From Armatimonadota bacterium (GTDB lineage: Bacteria; Armatimonadota; HRBIN16): a stretch of DNA of 64,000 bases. Every line of letters starts with the position of its first letter. Positions within the stretch are counted from its first letter, which is position 1. The DNA lies in contig OY781964.1 of the NCBI GenBank assembly GCA_963677485.1, positions 736,001 to 800,000 of the forward strand, written 5' to 3'. Below the pieces are notes generated by a model, which had not been told where the DNA came from, made no database searches, and worked only from the letters and a program-made list of their open reading frames with translations. Made by a program: the position numbers and the translations under genes. This document shows positions 23,569-34,401 of the stretch, piece after piece.

Positions 23569-24231
23569 ATGAGCACCGAAGGTAAACCTAAAGCGATACC
23601 TCAAGCGACTCTCGAGCGCATGGCGACCTATCTGCGAATCGTCAGCGATCTGGACAATCTGGGAACGGAACGCATCTCCTCCAGTGAGATGCAGCAGATA
23701 GCTGGATTTAGCGCGGCTCAGTTCCGTAAAGACCTGAGTTATTTTGGCGATTTTGGCACCCCTGGTGTGGGATATAGTGTTAAACACCTGAGACAGCGCA
23801 TCGCGAAGATTATGAACACCGACCACACGCATTCCGTGCTGCTTGTCGGTGCAGGGAAATTGGGAAGTGCTCTTGCTGAGTATGACATCCTTCGCCAGCA
23901 GAATTTCCACATCATGGCGATTTTTGACACCGATCCCGATAAAATCGGACGCTCCGTGGCGGGCATTACGGTGCATTCGGCGGAGCACATTCATGATGTC
24001 AACAAATGTATCTGCGCACGCCTGGGTATCATCACAGTGCCCGTGGATGTCGCACAGCAAGTAGCGAATCAGTTAGTTGATTCTGGTGTCGAAGGTATTC
24101 TGAACTTCGCAGCTACCATTATCAAAGTACCTGCACACGTAAAAGTCCGCTATTTCAGCATGAAACGTGAACTGGCATTGCTGGCTTACTTCTTGGAACA
24201 CCCCTTCGATGAGTGCCTTGAAGCCGAATAG
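23569..24231 (+). CDS. rex: Redox-sensing transcriptional repressor Rex
   Basis: IP.ATL.R...Y, RKDLSYFG.FG..G.GY, VGAG.LG.AL, GILNFA. Confidence 0.95.
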   Translation: MSTEGKPKAIPQATLERMATYLRIVSDLDNLGTERISSSEMQQIAGFSAAQFRKDLSYFGDFGTPGVGYSVKHLRQRIAKIMNTDHTHSVLLVGAGKLGSALAEYDILRQQNFHIMAIFDTDPDKIGRSVAGITVHSAEHIHDVNKCICARLGIITVPVDVAQQVANQLVDSGVEGILNFAATIIKVPAHVKVRYFSMKRELALLAYFLEHPFDECLEAE

Positions 24232-25105
24232 CTTCACGCTCGATATTACCCCGCATGAACTTCGACTTGAGGTCTCTCTGTGCTGTGGAATGAGCTTCCG
24301 ATGGCAACCGCTCTCTGAGCATGAGTGGCAAGGGGTGTTGGGCAGCGCGGAGCTGCGGTTGGAGCAAACAGCAGATAATGTGATTTGCCATGTTGTCAGC
24401 GGCACGATAGAGCGTTCTGTGCTGCATGACTACTTCCAACTCGAAACACCCCTCGTCCCTCTGGTGGCTCACTGGGCAAAAGCCGATGCGCGGTTGGCGG
24501 AAGTGGCACCAGCTTTTCGCGGTCTGCGTGTGTTACGCATGGATCCCTTTGAGTGCCTGATTAGCTTCATATGCAGCAGTGCGAATCACATCAGGCGAAT
24601 CACGGGTATGGTTAACAGGTTGTGCCAGCATCTAGGTGATGAGCTGCCATGCGGTGGATACAGTTTTCCGTCGGTCAGCCGTGTCGCGGAGTGCCAGTCA
24701 CAGCAGTTGCGTTCACTTGGGTTTGGTTATCGCGCGGAGTTTGTAGTAAACGCGGCTCGGATGGTTCAAGCACAAGGGGAAGGCTGGCTGGAAAGCCTAC
24801 GAGGTGTGAGTTATCAAGAAGCACACACCGCGCTACAACAGCTTCCGGGTGTCGGGGCCAAGGTGGCCGATTGCGTCTGTCTCTTCGCCCTGGATAAGCC
24901 CGGAGCCATCCCTGTGGACACCCATGTGTGGCAAATTGCCCGGCGTGACTACGGCCTGTTCGCGGATGCAAAATCCATCACGCCTAAAATCTACGCCGGC
25001 ATCGGTGACTTCTTCCGCGAACGGTTTGGTGAGCACGCTGGATGGGCACACAACCTGCTGTTTGCCGCTGATCTGCCCATCTATCGCGACCGATTGGGCT
25101 GTTGA
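24209..25105 (+). CDS. ogg: 8-oxoguanine DNA glycosylase (OGG1 type)
   Basis: SFRW N-domain, GFGYRA, HhH [16 protein letters not shown], AGWA...F. Confidence 0.92.
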   Translation: [298 protein letters not shown]

Positions 25106-25142
25106 ACTGAAAGCCTTCGCTCACTACAACGGTGACCTTCCG

Positions 25143-26138
25143 TTAGCCTAGCTGCAAGTCCGTGCTGTGCCCCGGGAAAAACTTCGCTTCGCTATCCAGC
25201 TTCATCTTGATGGCATTCACAGCGATCGCCGCTTCCCCCACGGCTGTGGCGATCAGCTTCAGTTTAGCCGGATGATCGGTCACATCTCCAGCCGAATAGA
25301 CCATCGGCAAGTTGGTGGCCATAAACTCATCAACATAGATGTTGCTTCGGTTGACATTCAACCCCCAGCTCTCATATCCCCTCATTCCGGCCAGGAACCC
25401 GATATTGACCAGCACGGTATCGACATCCAGCGTGGTCATCTCCTCGGTCTTGGTGTTCTGCACGGTGACACCGTGGATGATGGGGGCCTCACCATGTATC
25501 TCCCGCGCTTCCGTGAAAGTCAACACCTTCACGCGGCTCGCGGCCAGGCTCTGAAGGCTCTGCTCGTGCGCACGGAAAGTATCACGGCGGTGTATCAACG
25601 TCACGCTTGCGGCTAGCGGTTCGGCGGCCAGTGCCCAGTCAACCGCACTATCTCCCCCGCCCACTATCAGTGTTTTTTTGCCTTCAAGTGCCTTGAGTTG
25701 CTTGACGAAATAGAGCAGGCTGGTGCCCTCGTATAGTTCCGCATCAGGCACCTCCAACGGGCGCGGCACAAAAGCTCCTGCCCCAGTACATATCAACAGC
25801 GACTTTGTGAAGTATTCACCCTTATCCGTGTGCAGCGAATAGACCTCGGCAGCTTGATCCCAGCGAAGTTGCGTGGTGCGCTCTTCCAGGCACACCTGTG
25901 GCTTGAAGCGCATCGCCTGTGCTATCATCCCATCTGCAAGTCCACGGGCAGTGACTTCAGGAAATCCGGGCATGTCGTAGATGGGTTTTTCGGGGTATAG
26001 GGCGGTCAATTGGCCACCGAGTTGGGGGAGGCAATCAATAACGCGGGTGCTGAGTTCCCTCAGCCCCGCATAAAAGGCGGCGAATAATCCGGTTGGGCCG
26101 CCGCCTATAATTGTGATGTCAGTAGGGTTATTATTCAT
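25143..26138 (-). CDS. Ferredoxin-NADP+ reductase (TrxR-like, YumC type)
   Basis: IIGGGPTG, GGQLTALYPEKPIYD, GGGDSA, no CxxC, C-terminal PGHS. Confidence 0.88.
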   Translation of the reverse strand: MNNNPTDITIIGGGPTGLFAAFYAGLRELSTRVIDCLPQLGGQLTALYPEKPIYDMPGFPEVTARGLADGMIAQAMRFKPQVCLEERTTQLRWDQAAEVYSLHTDKGEYFTKSLLICTGAGAFVPRPLEVPDAELYEGTSLLYFVKQLKALEGKKTLIVGGGDSAVDWALAAEPLAASVTLIHRRDTFRAHEQSLQSLAASRVKVLTFTEAREIHGEAPIIHGVTVQNTKTEEMTTLDVDTVLVNIGFLAGMRGYESWGLNVNRSNIYVDEFMATNLPMVYSAGDVTDHPAKLKLIATAVGEAAIAVNAIKMKLDSEAKFFPGHSTDLQLG

Positions 26139-26147
26139 AACCCTATT

Positions 26148-27245
26148 TTACCCGTTCTTGGTTTGGAACTCCTGCATGAATTGAACAAGAGCCTTCACAC
26201 CTTCAGCGGGCATGGCATTGTAGATCGATGCTCGGATGCCGCCCACGCTTCGATGACCCTTCAGCTCCCACAGACCAGCAGCCTTGGCTTCAGTCACGAA
26301 CTTGGCTTCCAGCTCATCGCTGGGCAGGCGCCAGGTGACGTTCATCATCGAGCGGCTCGAAGGAACAGCGTGGCCCTTATAGTAGCCGTTGCTGCCGTCG
26401 ATCGCACTATACAACCAGCCGGCCTTTTCCTGGTTCAGCTTCTGCATCGCATCCAGCCCACCGACGGTATCCTTGATCCAGCGGGTGACCAACGAGATGA
26501 TATAGATGGTAAATGCTGGCGGCGTGTTATACAGCGAGTTGTTTTTGATATGGGTTCGGTAATCGATCATGCTTGGCAGGCCATCCGGAATACGGGCAAC
26601 CATATCATCACGGATGATCACCACTGCCGCACCGGCAGGCCCGATGTTCTTCTGCGCACCAGCATAGATCAAACCATACTTACTGACATCCATCGGGCGA
26701 GATAAGAAGTCCGATGAGGCGTCGCATACCAGCGGAGCTGCACTGGCAGGTTCGGTCTGGAACTCCACACCTTGAATGGTCTCATTACTGGTGATGTGGG
26801 TATAAACGGCGTTGGGATCCAGGTTCAACTCGCTATCGGCAGGCACGTGGTTGTAGTTGTCCGCTTTGCCATCCCAGGCCACATTGGTCTTGCCGAAAAG
26901 TTTGGCTTCGGCCAGCGCCTTTTTGCCCCAGGTTCCCGTTAATATGTAGTTAGCTGTCTCTTCTTTTCCCAATATGTTGGCTGGAATAGTCGCAAACTGG
27001 GTACTGGCTCCGCCGCCAACAAACAGCACGTGGTAGCCTTCGGGCAGGCCCAGAAGCTGCTTGATGTTGTTGATGGCTTCGTCCAGGATCGCTTCAAATA
27101 CTTTGCTTCGGTGACTGATCTCCAGGATAGATGCTCCCCCACCGGGCAGGCAGAGAAGATCAGCTTGAGCCTGCTCAAGAACAGGCATGGGAAGCACGGC
27201 TGGGCCGGCGGTGAAACTGTAAACGCGAGATGCGTGATTGTTCAT
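26148..27245 (-). CDS. serC: Phosphoserine aminotransferase
   Basis: AGPAVLP, EISHRS, AGAQKNIGPAG, KGHRSVGGIRAS. Confidence 0.97.
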   Translation of the reverse strand: MNNHASRVYSFTAGPAVLPMPVLEQAQADLLCLPGGGASILEISHRSKVFEAILDEAINNIKQLLGLPEGYHVLFVGGGASTQFATIPANILGKEETANYILTGTWGKKALAEAKLFGKTNVAWDGKADNYNHVPADSELNLDPNAVYTHITSNETIQGVEFQTEPASAAPLVCDASSDFLSRPMDVSKYGLIYAGAQKNIGPAGAAVVIIRDDMVARIPDGLPSMIDYRTHIKNNSLYNTPPAFTIYIISLVTRWIKDTVGGLDAMQKLNQEKAGWLYSAIDGSNGYYKGHAVPSSRSMMNVTWRLPSDELEAKFVTEAKAAGLWELKGHRSVGGIRASIYNAMPAEGVKALVQFMQEFQTKNG

Positions 27246-27461
27246 GGTTTTATTCTCCTGAAAGGCAGATTGCTTAATGGTGGTGCTTGCGCCATTGACA
27301 GCCCATATTGCAGCTTTTATGACAGGCGGATACTGATAGCCCCATGGTCAATAAGGCCATCACCACACGATTCAGTGTATCATAATGATAATCAGACGCA
27401 CGATAAATCACTCTGAAATGAGCAAGCGATATTGTGCGATCGACGTGATGGAGAACATCGG

Positions 27462-27692
27462 ATGGATTTTCCTAAAAACCGGTTGAAGATCACCAAGCAT
27501 AAGGGAACCCGGACAAGTGAGCAGGGCTGGCTGGTGCTGGATATCAAAGGGATTGACCTGGATGGCGTAAACGAGATAGTGATTTCGATGGCAGATGTCA
27601 CTGGATTGAATGAAGAACCTGCGCCACAAGATGATCCACTGGCAAAGCTCGCTCAGTTCCTCCAGGACAAACAAAGTCACAGCGACGAGTAA
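27462..27692 (+). CDS. Small hypothetical protein
   Basis: GGAG ribosome-binding site before the ATG at 27462; protein-like composition; no family recognised. Confidence 0.55.
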   Translation: MDFPKNRLKITKHKGTRTSEQGWLVLDIKGIDLDGVNEIVISMADVTGLNEEPAPQDDPLAKLAQFLQDKQSHSDE

Positions 27693-27790
27693 GCCTCAAG
27701 GCAGCACGAGTCGTCGCGGCATCGCCTGTGGACATCCGTTTTATGCAGTGGGCATAGCCTCGCTGGCATTCAGCAAGGAGTAATAATAAC

Positions 27791-28612
27791 ATGACCGATA
27801 CGCACAGCGTATCTCCGATGAAAGTGAAACTCATATTCCCGACACCTGATGTCGCGAAGGATTATTATAGACAGATCGTCTTTCTGGCCTGCAAACTGTG
27901 CTACAGCGAATCAAGCCCCGAAGAGATCTGGGAAAACTTGCAATCAGGCAAGATTACCGATAAGAAAATCGAGAGCCTGATCAACAAGGTGGTCGCTTCA
28001 GGGCATCACAGTACCATCGAGCACATTGTGTTTTCATTTGCCATTTCAAGCGTAAGCCGAACGCTGACACATCAACTTGTGCGGCACCGTATCGGCGTCG
28101 CGTTTGATCAGCAAAGCCAGCGATATGTCTCCCTGTCGTCTCCGGTTTTCGTGGAACCCCCCACCATAGCAGAGAACAGTGAAGCTCATGGTCTGTATCA
28201 ACAAGCGCAGCAGCAAATGGCTCAGACCTATGACCAGTTACTGAAGTTAGGCATACCATCTGAAGACGCCCGGTTTGTGTTTCCTCAAGGTGTATGCAGT
28301 AACCTCATCATGACAGTGAACCTTCGGGAGTTGATCCACATCAGCGGATTACGGCTATGCAGTTTGGCCCAATGGGAAATCAGGTCGATGTTCCAGAAGG
28401 TTCGTGCAGAAGTGAAGCAAGTCTCACCTTATTTTTCGCGGATGATGGTGCCCCACTGTGTGAATGAAGGGTTCTGCTCCGAACTAGGCAATAAGAACGG
28501 TCATTGCCGCATTCGTCCACACATTGACCAGGTGCAGGCAATCTACACTCGCTGGAAAAACGGTGAACTGGTCGATGCGCCTGAAACTGATTCCTCAGGC
28601 GAAAATGATTAG
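27791..28612 (+). CDS. thyX: FAD-dependent thymidylate synthase
   Basis: GHHSTIEH, THQLVRHR...QQSQRY, EDARF, AQWEIR. Confidence 0.95.
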   Translation: MTDTHSVSPMKVKLIFPTPDVAKDYYRQIVFLACKLCYSESSPEEIWENLQSGKITDKKIESLINKVVASGHHSTIEHIVFSFAISSVSRTLTHQLVRHRIGVAFDQQSQRYVSLSSPVFVEPPTIAENSEAHGLYQQAQQQMAQTYDQLLKLGIPSEDARFVFPQGVCSNLIMTVNLRELIHISGLRLCSLAQWEIRSMFQKVRAEVKQVSPYFSRMMVPHCVNEGFCSELGNKNGHCRIRPHIDQVQAIYTRWKNGELVDAPETDSSGEND

Positions 28613-28783
28613 CTTGAAGACATGCTAAAAACACGCTAAATCACGATATCTGCTACCTCGAGATGGTCGTTTTTAGAATTCGCACTGATTCTGGTTATTT
28701 TCATCCGAAAAACCATGAAGAACGACAGATATCGGGGTATACTTTGAAATAGTAGTTATATCTCAACTTGGTGATGCCCTTAT

Positions 28784-31700
28784 ATGGCCAATTTATGGCA
28801 AAACAATCTCGATGTATCGGCCTTCCTCAACGGCTCGCTGATCATCGTCATATCGTATCTATCACTGATGATTTCCAGATTACAACGATCTCATAAGTGG
28901 TGGGTATGGCTCATATTGGCATCGCTACTGCTGGGATGCGCCTCCTGGTTTGATATCTTACTGCTGAGCTCCAGTAATGTAGCTGGTCCCCCATGGGTAT
29001 CGTTCGTAATTAAGTTCGTCGGTTTTGTGTGCCTCGCGGCCTTTGCTGATGCTCTTTTAAAAAGCAGCGGTGGTTCGCAGAAGTTCCTTAGTTATGCGGT
29101 ATTAGCAGCCTCGGCTCTCACTATATATAGCATCAATGGTGGCGTTGCTGTGGCCACGTCTGTGATGTACCTTAGCCTTTTTGTGCCAACCTGCGTGGTC
29201 ATCGGCGTAGCTGTGTGGCGGCATCTTCGGACAGAACCGCCGGTTCGTCCCGCCTCATCCTGGGTATTCATTGCCGTGTCGATTTTGCTGGCTGTCTCCA
29301 ATATCCTATTACCTCTGCGAACCCTCTCGCCCTACATAGTGATCACAGAGCGAATTGAGATTACGGTATTAGCTTGGTCCAGCTTAATACATATACTCAC
29401 CCTTTTATTATGTATCTGCGGAATGTTAATGCACCTGAGGTTTCTCAGCTCCACACCGGCTAACCGCGATTACTTCAACAGAGTTTTGGTTACCACCTGT
29501 GTTGCCGTGGTGGCGTCCGGAGGATTCAGCATATGTGCCTACACCAGCGGAATTAGCGCCATCAATAAAGCTTACGAAAGTGTAATGCAGTCATCAAATA
29601 GTCTGGCGGACCAGCTCCAAACCACTAAATCTCTAGGACGCAGAGCCGCTAGCTCCGAGCGGTATGGCATGTTGTTCAACACCATGATCAATACACCCGC
29701 ACTGCAAAGCCTGCGCCTTGTTCATGGGGCGGCTACTAATGGTGAGTACGACCAGATCGTCGCTGTTGACAGTCCGACACTGAACCTGGGGTGGCCCGCC
29801 CAATTCAAGCATGTATTCATTTTGGACAAACTTGATGATCCTAAGAATGCTGTTTTAACTGCTGAGAGCTCGCATCTTTTCATTGTCCGCAAACCATTCC
29901 TCCTTCGCATCCCGCTCTTTATGAGCGGCATCATCTTGACCAGCCTCTGGCTGCTCATTGGCACCGTGATGGCCAGTAGTAAACTGCTGGCGGATGAGCG
30001 GCAATTGACAGCCAGTAGTATCGACAAACAACAACTCCGTATCAACAAGATTTTCCATTGCAGCCAGATCGGTATGGCTGTGCTAAACCAAAACGGCGAT
30101 GTGGTGGAAGTGAACGACGCGACATGCCGCTTCCTGGGCCGCAGCAACAGTGAACTGGGAGGAATGAACCTCAACCTTCTGATCTGGCGTGACGACTACC
30201 CGGACATTCAGACCGAACTCGCCCGGATTTCTGGCAACGAAAACGAGATTTACACCACCGAAGTACGCTTCGCCCGGCCCGACACCCGGCAAGTCTGGGC
30301 TCTGGTAAACCTAATGTATGAGCCTGGCGAGTCTGGTGAACAAGCGCATATCATCATGCAGCTACAGGACATCACCTCACGCAAGCAAGATGAAGACCAA
30401 CTGCGGCATAGCTGGGAAATGCTGCAAGTGTTGCTGAACGCACCGGATTACGGTGTATTCCTGCTGAACCCAGATGGAACGACACTGCTTTGTAACGAGA
30501 ATGCCGCACGACGATGCGGATTGTGTATGGACAAGATGGCGGGCGTCAGACCGCTTGATGAACTGAGCCCTGAAAACAAAGAGTTCCGTATTAATCAGCT
30601 TGATCGGGTTGTGAATAATGCCATCCCGATCAGGTTCGAAGATGCCACCGAAAAATACACCACTACTGTTGCCATGTGGCCAGTGTGCGACGAAAATGGA
30701 TCAGTCGCTACCGTAGCCCTTTTCGTGCAGGACACCACCGAGATGCTGCACAACAAGCTTGAGCTGGCCCGAGTTACGCAACAAGCCGCCGACTTAAAGA
30801 CTATCCTGGACCGTAGCAATGTGATGGTCATGCGTTCAACTGTTCACGGTGATAAGGTGGTGAACATATTCATAGGCGGTAACCTGAACATGCTGGGATA
30901 CCCCGTCGAGTTCTATACTGCCCCCAACTTCCGATGGGATAGTATCCTTGCCGATACCGATAATGACCGTACACAGGATGAGTTCTGGCGGCGATATCAT
31001 GCAGGCGAACAGGAGTTCGTTCTGGAAGCTAGGCTGTGTGATGCCAAGAGCAGAGAGCAATGGTATACACTCACTGTGAATGTGTCGCACGACCAGCTTG
31101 GTAATAAAACAGGCTTTGAGCTCGTAGTCAGTAATGTCAACAGCCTGCGTGTTGCCGAATACGAAACCCGCACCATGGAACAGCGCATGATACAGGCCCA
31201 GAAATATGAGAGCCTCGCTGTATTGGCCGGCGGTATTGCACACGATCTGAACAACAACCTGATGACCATCATCGGCAACGCAGAACTGCTGCTGGATGGC
31301 ATCTCAGCCGACGTCACCGCATCGCTGCAGGACACTCTGTCGGCGGCTCAACGGGCCGCTAAGCTTTCCGAGCAGATGCTGGCTTTCTCGGGACGTGGTA
31401 TCTTCCACTTGACCCCTTGCCACTTTAACTCCCTGCTTGCAGACACCATTGATAGTATCCGCACTCATATACCGCCTAAGGTGAAGCTACACCAACACCT
31501 CAACGGTGATATCCTTCAAGTGCTTGCTGACCACTCGCAGATGGCCCAAGTGATTACGAACCTGTGCATGAACGCGGTGGAAGCAATGACCACTGGTGAG
31601 GGCAATCTCGCCATCAGCACAGAGGAGCGTTACTTAACAGGCAATGAGCAGTTCGGTGCCCACACAGGCGTCATCAAACCCGGCCGATATGTGGCGTTGG

Positions 31701-32305
31701 TTGTAAAAGACGATGGTCATGGCATGGACGCAAACATGACGGAACGGATGTTTGAGCCTTTCTTCAGCACGAAACTGCCCGGCAGAGGGCTTGGGCTAGC
31801 GGCGGTGTTGGGGATTGTGCGCGCTCATGGTGGGTTTGTGCAGGTAGAAAGCCTTCCTGGTGTAGGTACGACGGTGACGGTCTATATTCCCATACGTCAC
31901 AACACCGAACCCGACATCACACCCAGCAAACAACAGGGCACTAATAAGAGCAACATCATACTGATGGTCGACGATGAACCCGCTGTGCTGGATGTCGGCC
32001 GGCAAATGTTGATACACCTTGGTTACGAGGTAGTCACCGCCGCGAACGGCAGCGAAGCACTGGTGGCCTTTGCTGAGCTAGAGGGGCGCGTTGACTGCAT
32101 TCTGCTTGACTTAACGATGCCCATCATGGATGGTGGACAGACCTTGCGTGCGCTGCGTCTGGTCAACGAAACTGTGCCGGTTGTGTTCGTGAGTGGATAT
32201 GACTACAGCTCCGTGTTTGATAAGATCAATGGGCTGAACTACCAGGGGTTCCTCCAAAAGCCCTACCGCATCAGTCAGATACGCCAGCTCCTGAAGAGCC
32301 TGTAA
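28784..32305 (+). CDS. Membrane-bound PAS hybrid histidine kinase with receiver domain
   Basis: TM region, PAS/PAC repeats, AGGIAHDLNN, FSTK..GRGLGL, VDDE...LLDLTMP...QKPY. Confidence 0.93.
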   Translation: MANLWQNNLDVSAFLNGSLIIVISYLSLMISRLQRSHKWWVWLILASLLLGCASWFDILLLSSSNVAGPPWVSFVIKFVGFVCLAAFADALLKSSGGSQKFLSYAVLAASALTIYSINGGVAVATSVMYLSLFVPTCVVIGVAVWRHLRTEPPVRPASSWVFIAVSILLAVSNILLPLRTLSPYIVITERIEITVLAWSSLIHILTLLLCICGMLMHLRFLSSTPANRDYFNRVLVTTCVAVVASGGFSICAYTSGISAINKAYESVMQSSNSLADQLQTTKSLGRRAASSERYGMLFNTMINTPALQSLRLVHGAATNGEYDQIVAVDSPTLNLGWPAQFKHVFILDKLDDPKNAVLTAESSHLFIVRKPFLLRIPLFMSGIILTSLWLLIGTVMASSKLLADERQLTASSIDKQQLRINKIFHCSQIGMAVLNQNGDVVEVNDATCRFLGRSNSELGGMNLNLLIWRDDYPDIQTELARISGNENEIYTTEVRFARPDTRQVWALVNLMYEPGESGEQAHIIMQLQDITSRKQDEDQLRHSWEMLQVLLNAPDYGVFLLNPDGTTLLCNENAARRCGLCMDKMAGVRPLDELSPENKEFRINQLDRVVNNAIPIRFEDATEKYTTTVAMWPVCDENGSVATVALFVQDTTEMLHNKLELARVTQQAADLKTILDRSNVMVMRSTVHGDKVVNIFIGGNLNMLGYPVEFYTAPNFRWDSILADTDNDRTQDEFWRRYHAGEQEFVLEARLCDAKSREQWYTLTVNVSHDQLGNKTGFELVVSNVNSLRVAEYETRTMEQRMIQAQKYESLAVLAGGIAHDLNNNLMTIIGNAELLLDGISADVTASLQDTLSAAQRAAKLSEQMLAFSGRGIFHLTPCHFNSLLADTIDSIRTHIPPKVKLHQHLNGDILQVLADHSQMAQVITNLCMNAVEAMTTGEGNLAISTEERYLTGNEQFGAHTGVIKPGRYVALVVKDDGHGMDANMTERMFEPFFSTKLPGRGLGLAAVLGIVRAHGGFVQVESLPGVGTTVTVYIPIRHNTEPDITPSKQQGTNKSNIILMVDDEPAVLDVGRQMLIHLGYEVVTAANGSEALVAFAELEGRVDCILLDLTMPIMDGGQTLRALRLVNETVPVVFVSGYDYSSVFDKINGLNYQGFLQKPYRISQIRQLLKSL

Positions 32306-32343
32306 ACAGGCCTATACGGCCCTTGGGGCCTTCCGGTTCATCT

Positions 32344-32610
32344 GCAGGAATGAACCCCTGTGGTCATCCGCAACGTTGTTTATGAGAGAAATTCGTAGGG
32401 ATGACCGTTGTGGTCATCCGCAACTTTATTTTTGTGAGAATTTCGCAGGGATGACCCTTGTGGTCATCCGAACGCTTAAGTGGGAACCAGCCGGTTACCC
32501 CGCCCCACGAACCGGATATGTAGTCAACCAACACGGCGGACGACCACAAGGGTCGTCCCTACGATAGCCCGATTTATAAATTCAAGGGGTCGTTTTGCAA
32601 CGACCCCTAT
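32344..32610. repeat. REP cluster: three ~50-bp tandem units, one inverted copy and a further palindrome
   Basis: GYAGGGATGACCCTTGTGGTCATCC variants start at 32344, 32395 and 32445; inverted copy at 32538-32562; AGGGGTCGTT-TTGC-AACGACCCCT at 32585-32608. Confidence 0.85.
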
Positions 32611-32835
32611 TAACGACACAGCGTCCGCATCATTCACTTATGTGACCATTACTGCGGGAGATAATCCTGCCCCGCATCTCTTCCATACCCAACCGATGCA
32701 GCTTCTGTGTCGGAAAGCTGTATCACCGTTTCATCGCCTACATTCCATTTGTACCCTGAAATATATGATGAATAGCCTGTCACTTGTACGTGAATTTGCA
32801 GATACACAAGAATTGTCGTCTGACGCAACCTGGGT

Positions 32836-32876
32836 AAAAACAGAACCACCCCGAATGATGGTTTCATCGGGGTGGT
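32836..32876 (-). terminator. Probable argD terminator
   Basis: ACCACCCCGA...TCGGGGTGGT stem followed by a T tract on the minus strand. Confidence 0.55.
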
Positions 32877-32899
32877 ATTCAGACACTCAGAAAGCTAAG

Positions 32900-34105
32900 T
32901 TAGTCAGACTGGTCCGACAGCTCCTTGATGCCCTCTTTCATGATCGCCAGAGCGGTATCACAATCCTCTTGAGTAATCATGAGCGGCGGTACCAGGCGTA
33001 TCGTCTTCTCGCCAGTGGCGTTGATCAGCAGCCCCTTATCGCGGCATACACCGACCAGCTCTCGGGCGATAGGATCAACCAGATCGAAGCCGATCATCAG
33101 TCCCAAGCCGCGCACACTCGTCACCGAACCGTTCTCGCTGCTCCAGCCTGTCAAAGCGGCTCGCAGATAGTTGCCCATTTCTACCGCGTTTGCAAGCATG
33201 TTCTCCTGCTCGATAGCGTTGATGACAGCCAGAGCTGCGGCACAGATCAAAGGCCCGCCACCGAAGGTTGTTCCATGGTCACCAGGCTCAAAGCTATCGG
33301 CACGTTGGGTCACAAGGCATGCCCCTATGGGTAAACCGCCACCCAATGCTTTAGCCACAGTGATGACGTCAGGACGTATGCCGTATTTTTGATAGGCGAA
33401 CCAGCTTCCGGTTCGTCCCATGCCAGTCTGCACTTCGTCGATAATCAACAATGCCGAATTCTGGTCACACAGTTTGCGGCACTCCGCGACATATTCACGA
33501 TCCAGAGGATGCACACCGCTCTCGCCCTGCAGCAACTCTATGATCACGGCGCAAGTGGTGCCGCCCACCGCCGCACGCAACTCGGCAAAATCGCCAGGGT
33601 GAACCACATGCACACCAGGTACTAGTGGCTCAAACGGATGCTGGTATTTGGGTTGGGCGGTAATGGACAGCGAACCCATGGTACGACCATGGAACCCGTG
33701 GGTCATGCACACAAAATCGGACTTCTTGGCGGCGATATTATGTCCCCACTTCCGCGCGACCTTCATGGCACATTCATTGGCTTCAGCACCGCTGTTGCAT
33801 AGCAGCGCCCTATCCATTCCAGCGATACCCGTGAGTTTATCAAGCAATTGAAACTGCGGCAGGTTGTAGTAGAGATTGCTCACATGCAACAGCTTATCCG
33901 CTTGGGCCTGAATGGCAGCTACCACCATCGGGTGGCAGTGCCCAACCGAATTGACGGCTATACCGGCCAGGAAATCTAAATAACGACGCCCATCGGTATC
34001 CCACACGAAAGCACCGCGACCACGCTCGATCACAATCGGCTGTCGTCGGTAGTTGTTCATGTGTGAGCAAGACTCAATGGTCTGCAACTCGTCTAGATAC
34101 TTCAT
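32900..34105 (-). CDS. argD: Acetylornithine aminotransferase
   Basis: NSGAEANE, FHGRT, DEVQTGMGRTG, AKALGGG, HGTTFGG. Confidence 0.92.
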   Translation of the reverse strand: MKYLDELQTIESCSHMNNYRRQPIVIERGRGAFVWDTDGRRYLDFLAGIAVNSVGHCHPMVVAAIQAQADKLLHVSNLYYNLPQFQLLDKLTGIAGMDRALLCNSGAEANECAMKVARKWGHNIAAKKSDFVCMTHGFHGRTMGSLSITAQPKYQHPFEPLVPGVHVVHPGDFAELRAAVGGTTCAVIIELLQGESGVHPLDREYVAECRKLCDQNSALLIIDEVQTGMGRTGSWFAYQKYGIRPDVITVAKALGGGLPIGACLVTQRADSFEPGDHGTTFGGGPLICAAALAVINAIEQENMLANAVEMGNYLRAALTGWSSENGSVTSVRGLGLMIGFDLVDPIARELVGVCRDKGLLINATGEKTIRLVPPLMITQEDCDTALAIMKEGIKELSDQSD

Positions 34106-34401
34106 TTCAGGCCTCTCTATTCAGAAACAAATTTTCCCGAGCAGCCATATGACTTCTCAGGTATTGGTATGGTACCACGGCCTGCGTTTCCAGGCAAGCT
34201 TGCGCACACTTAACTATGTGGTACCGTGGCTTCAGGCGGATCGGTCGGATCCGACCGATCTCTACGATTATGTCGCAGATTATCAACAATACAGTTATAC
34301 AAAGCCCGATTTACGCAAATCATCCCAAAATACGTGACTCTTAAGCCAATACATGGTAAACTACAAGTTGTGATTTCGCATTCGGAGAGGAGTACCATCT
34401 T

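Noticed and set aside
32344-32470. CRISPR-like regularly spaced repeats
   Set aside because: The spacers resemble each other, the units are GTAG REPs, there are only three copies, and there are no cas genes.
32480-33334. 284-aa plus-strand ORF
   Set aside because: It runs through REPs, a terminator and antisense argD.
34165-34230. T-box-like TGGTACC upstream of argD
   Set aside because: Poor match on the argD strand, and no stem I or terminator is evident.
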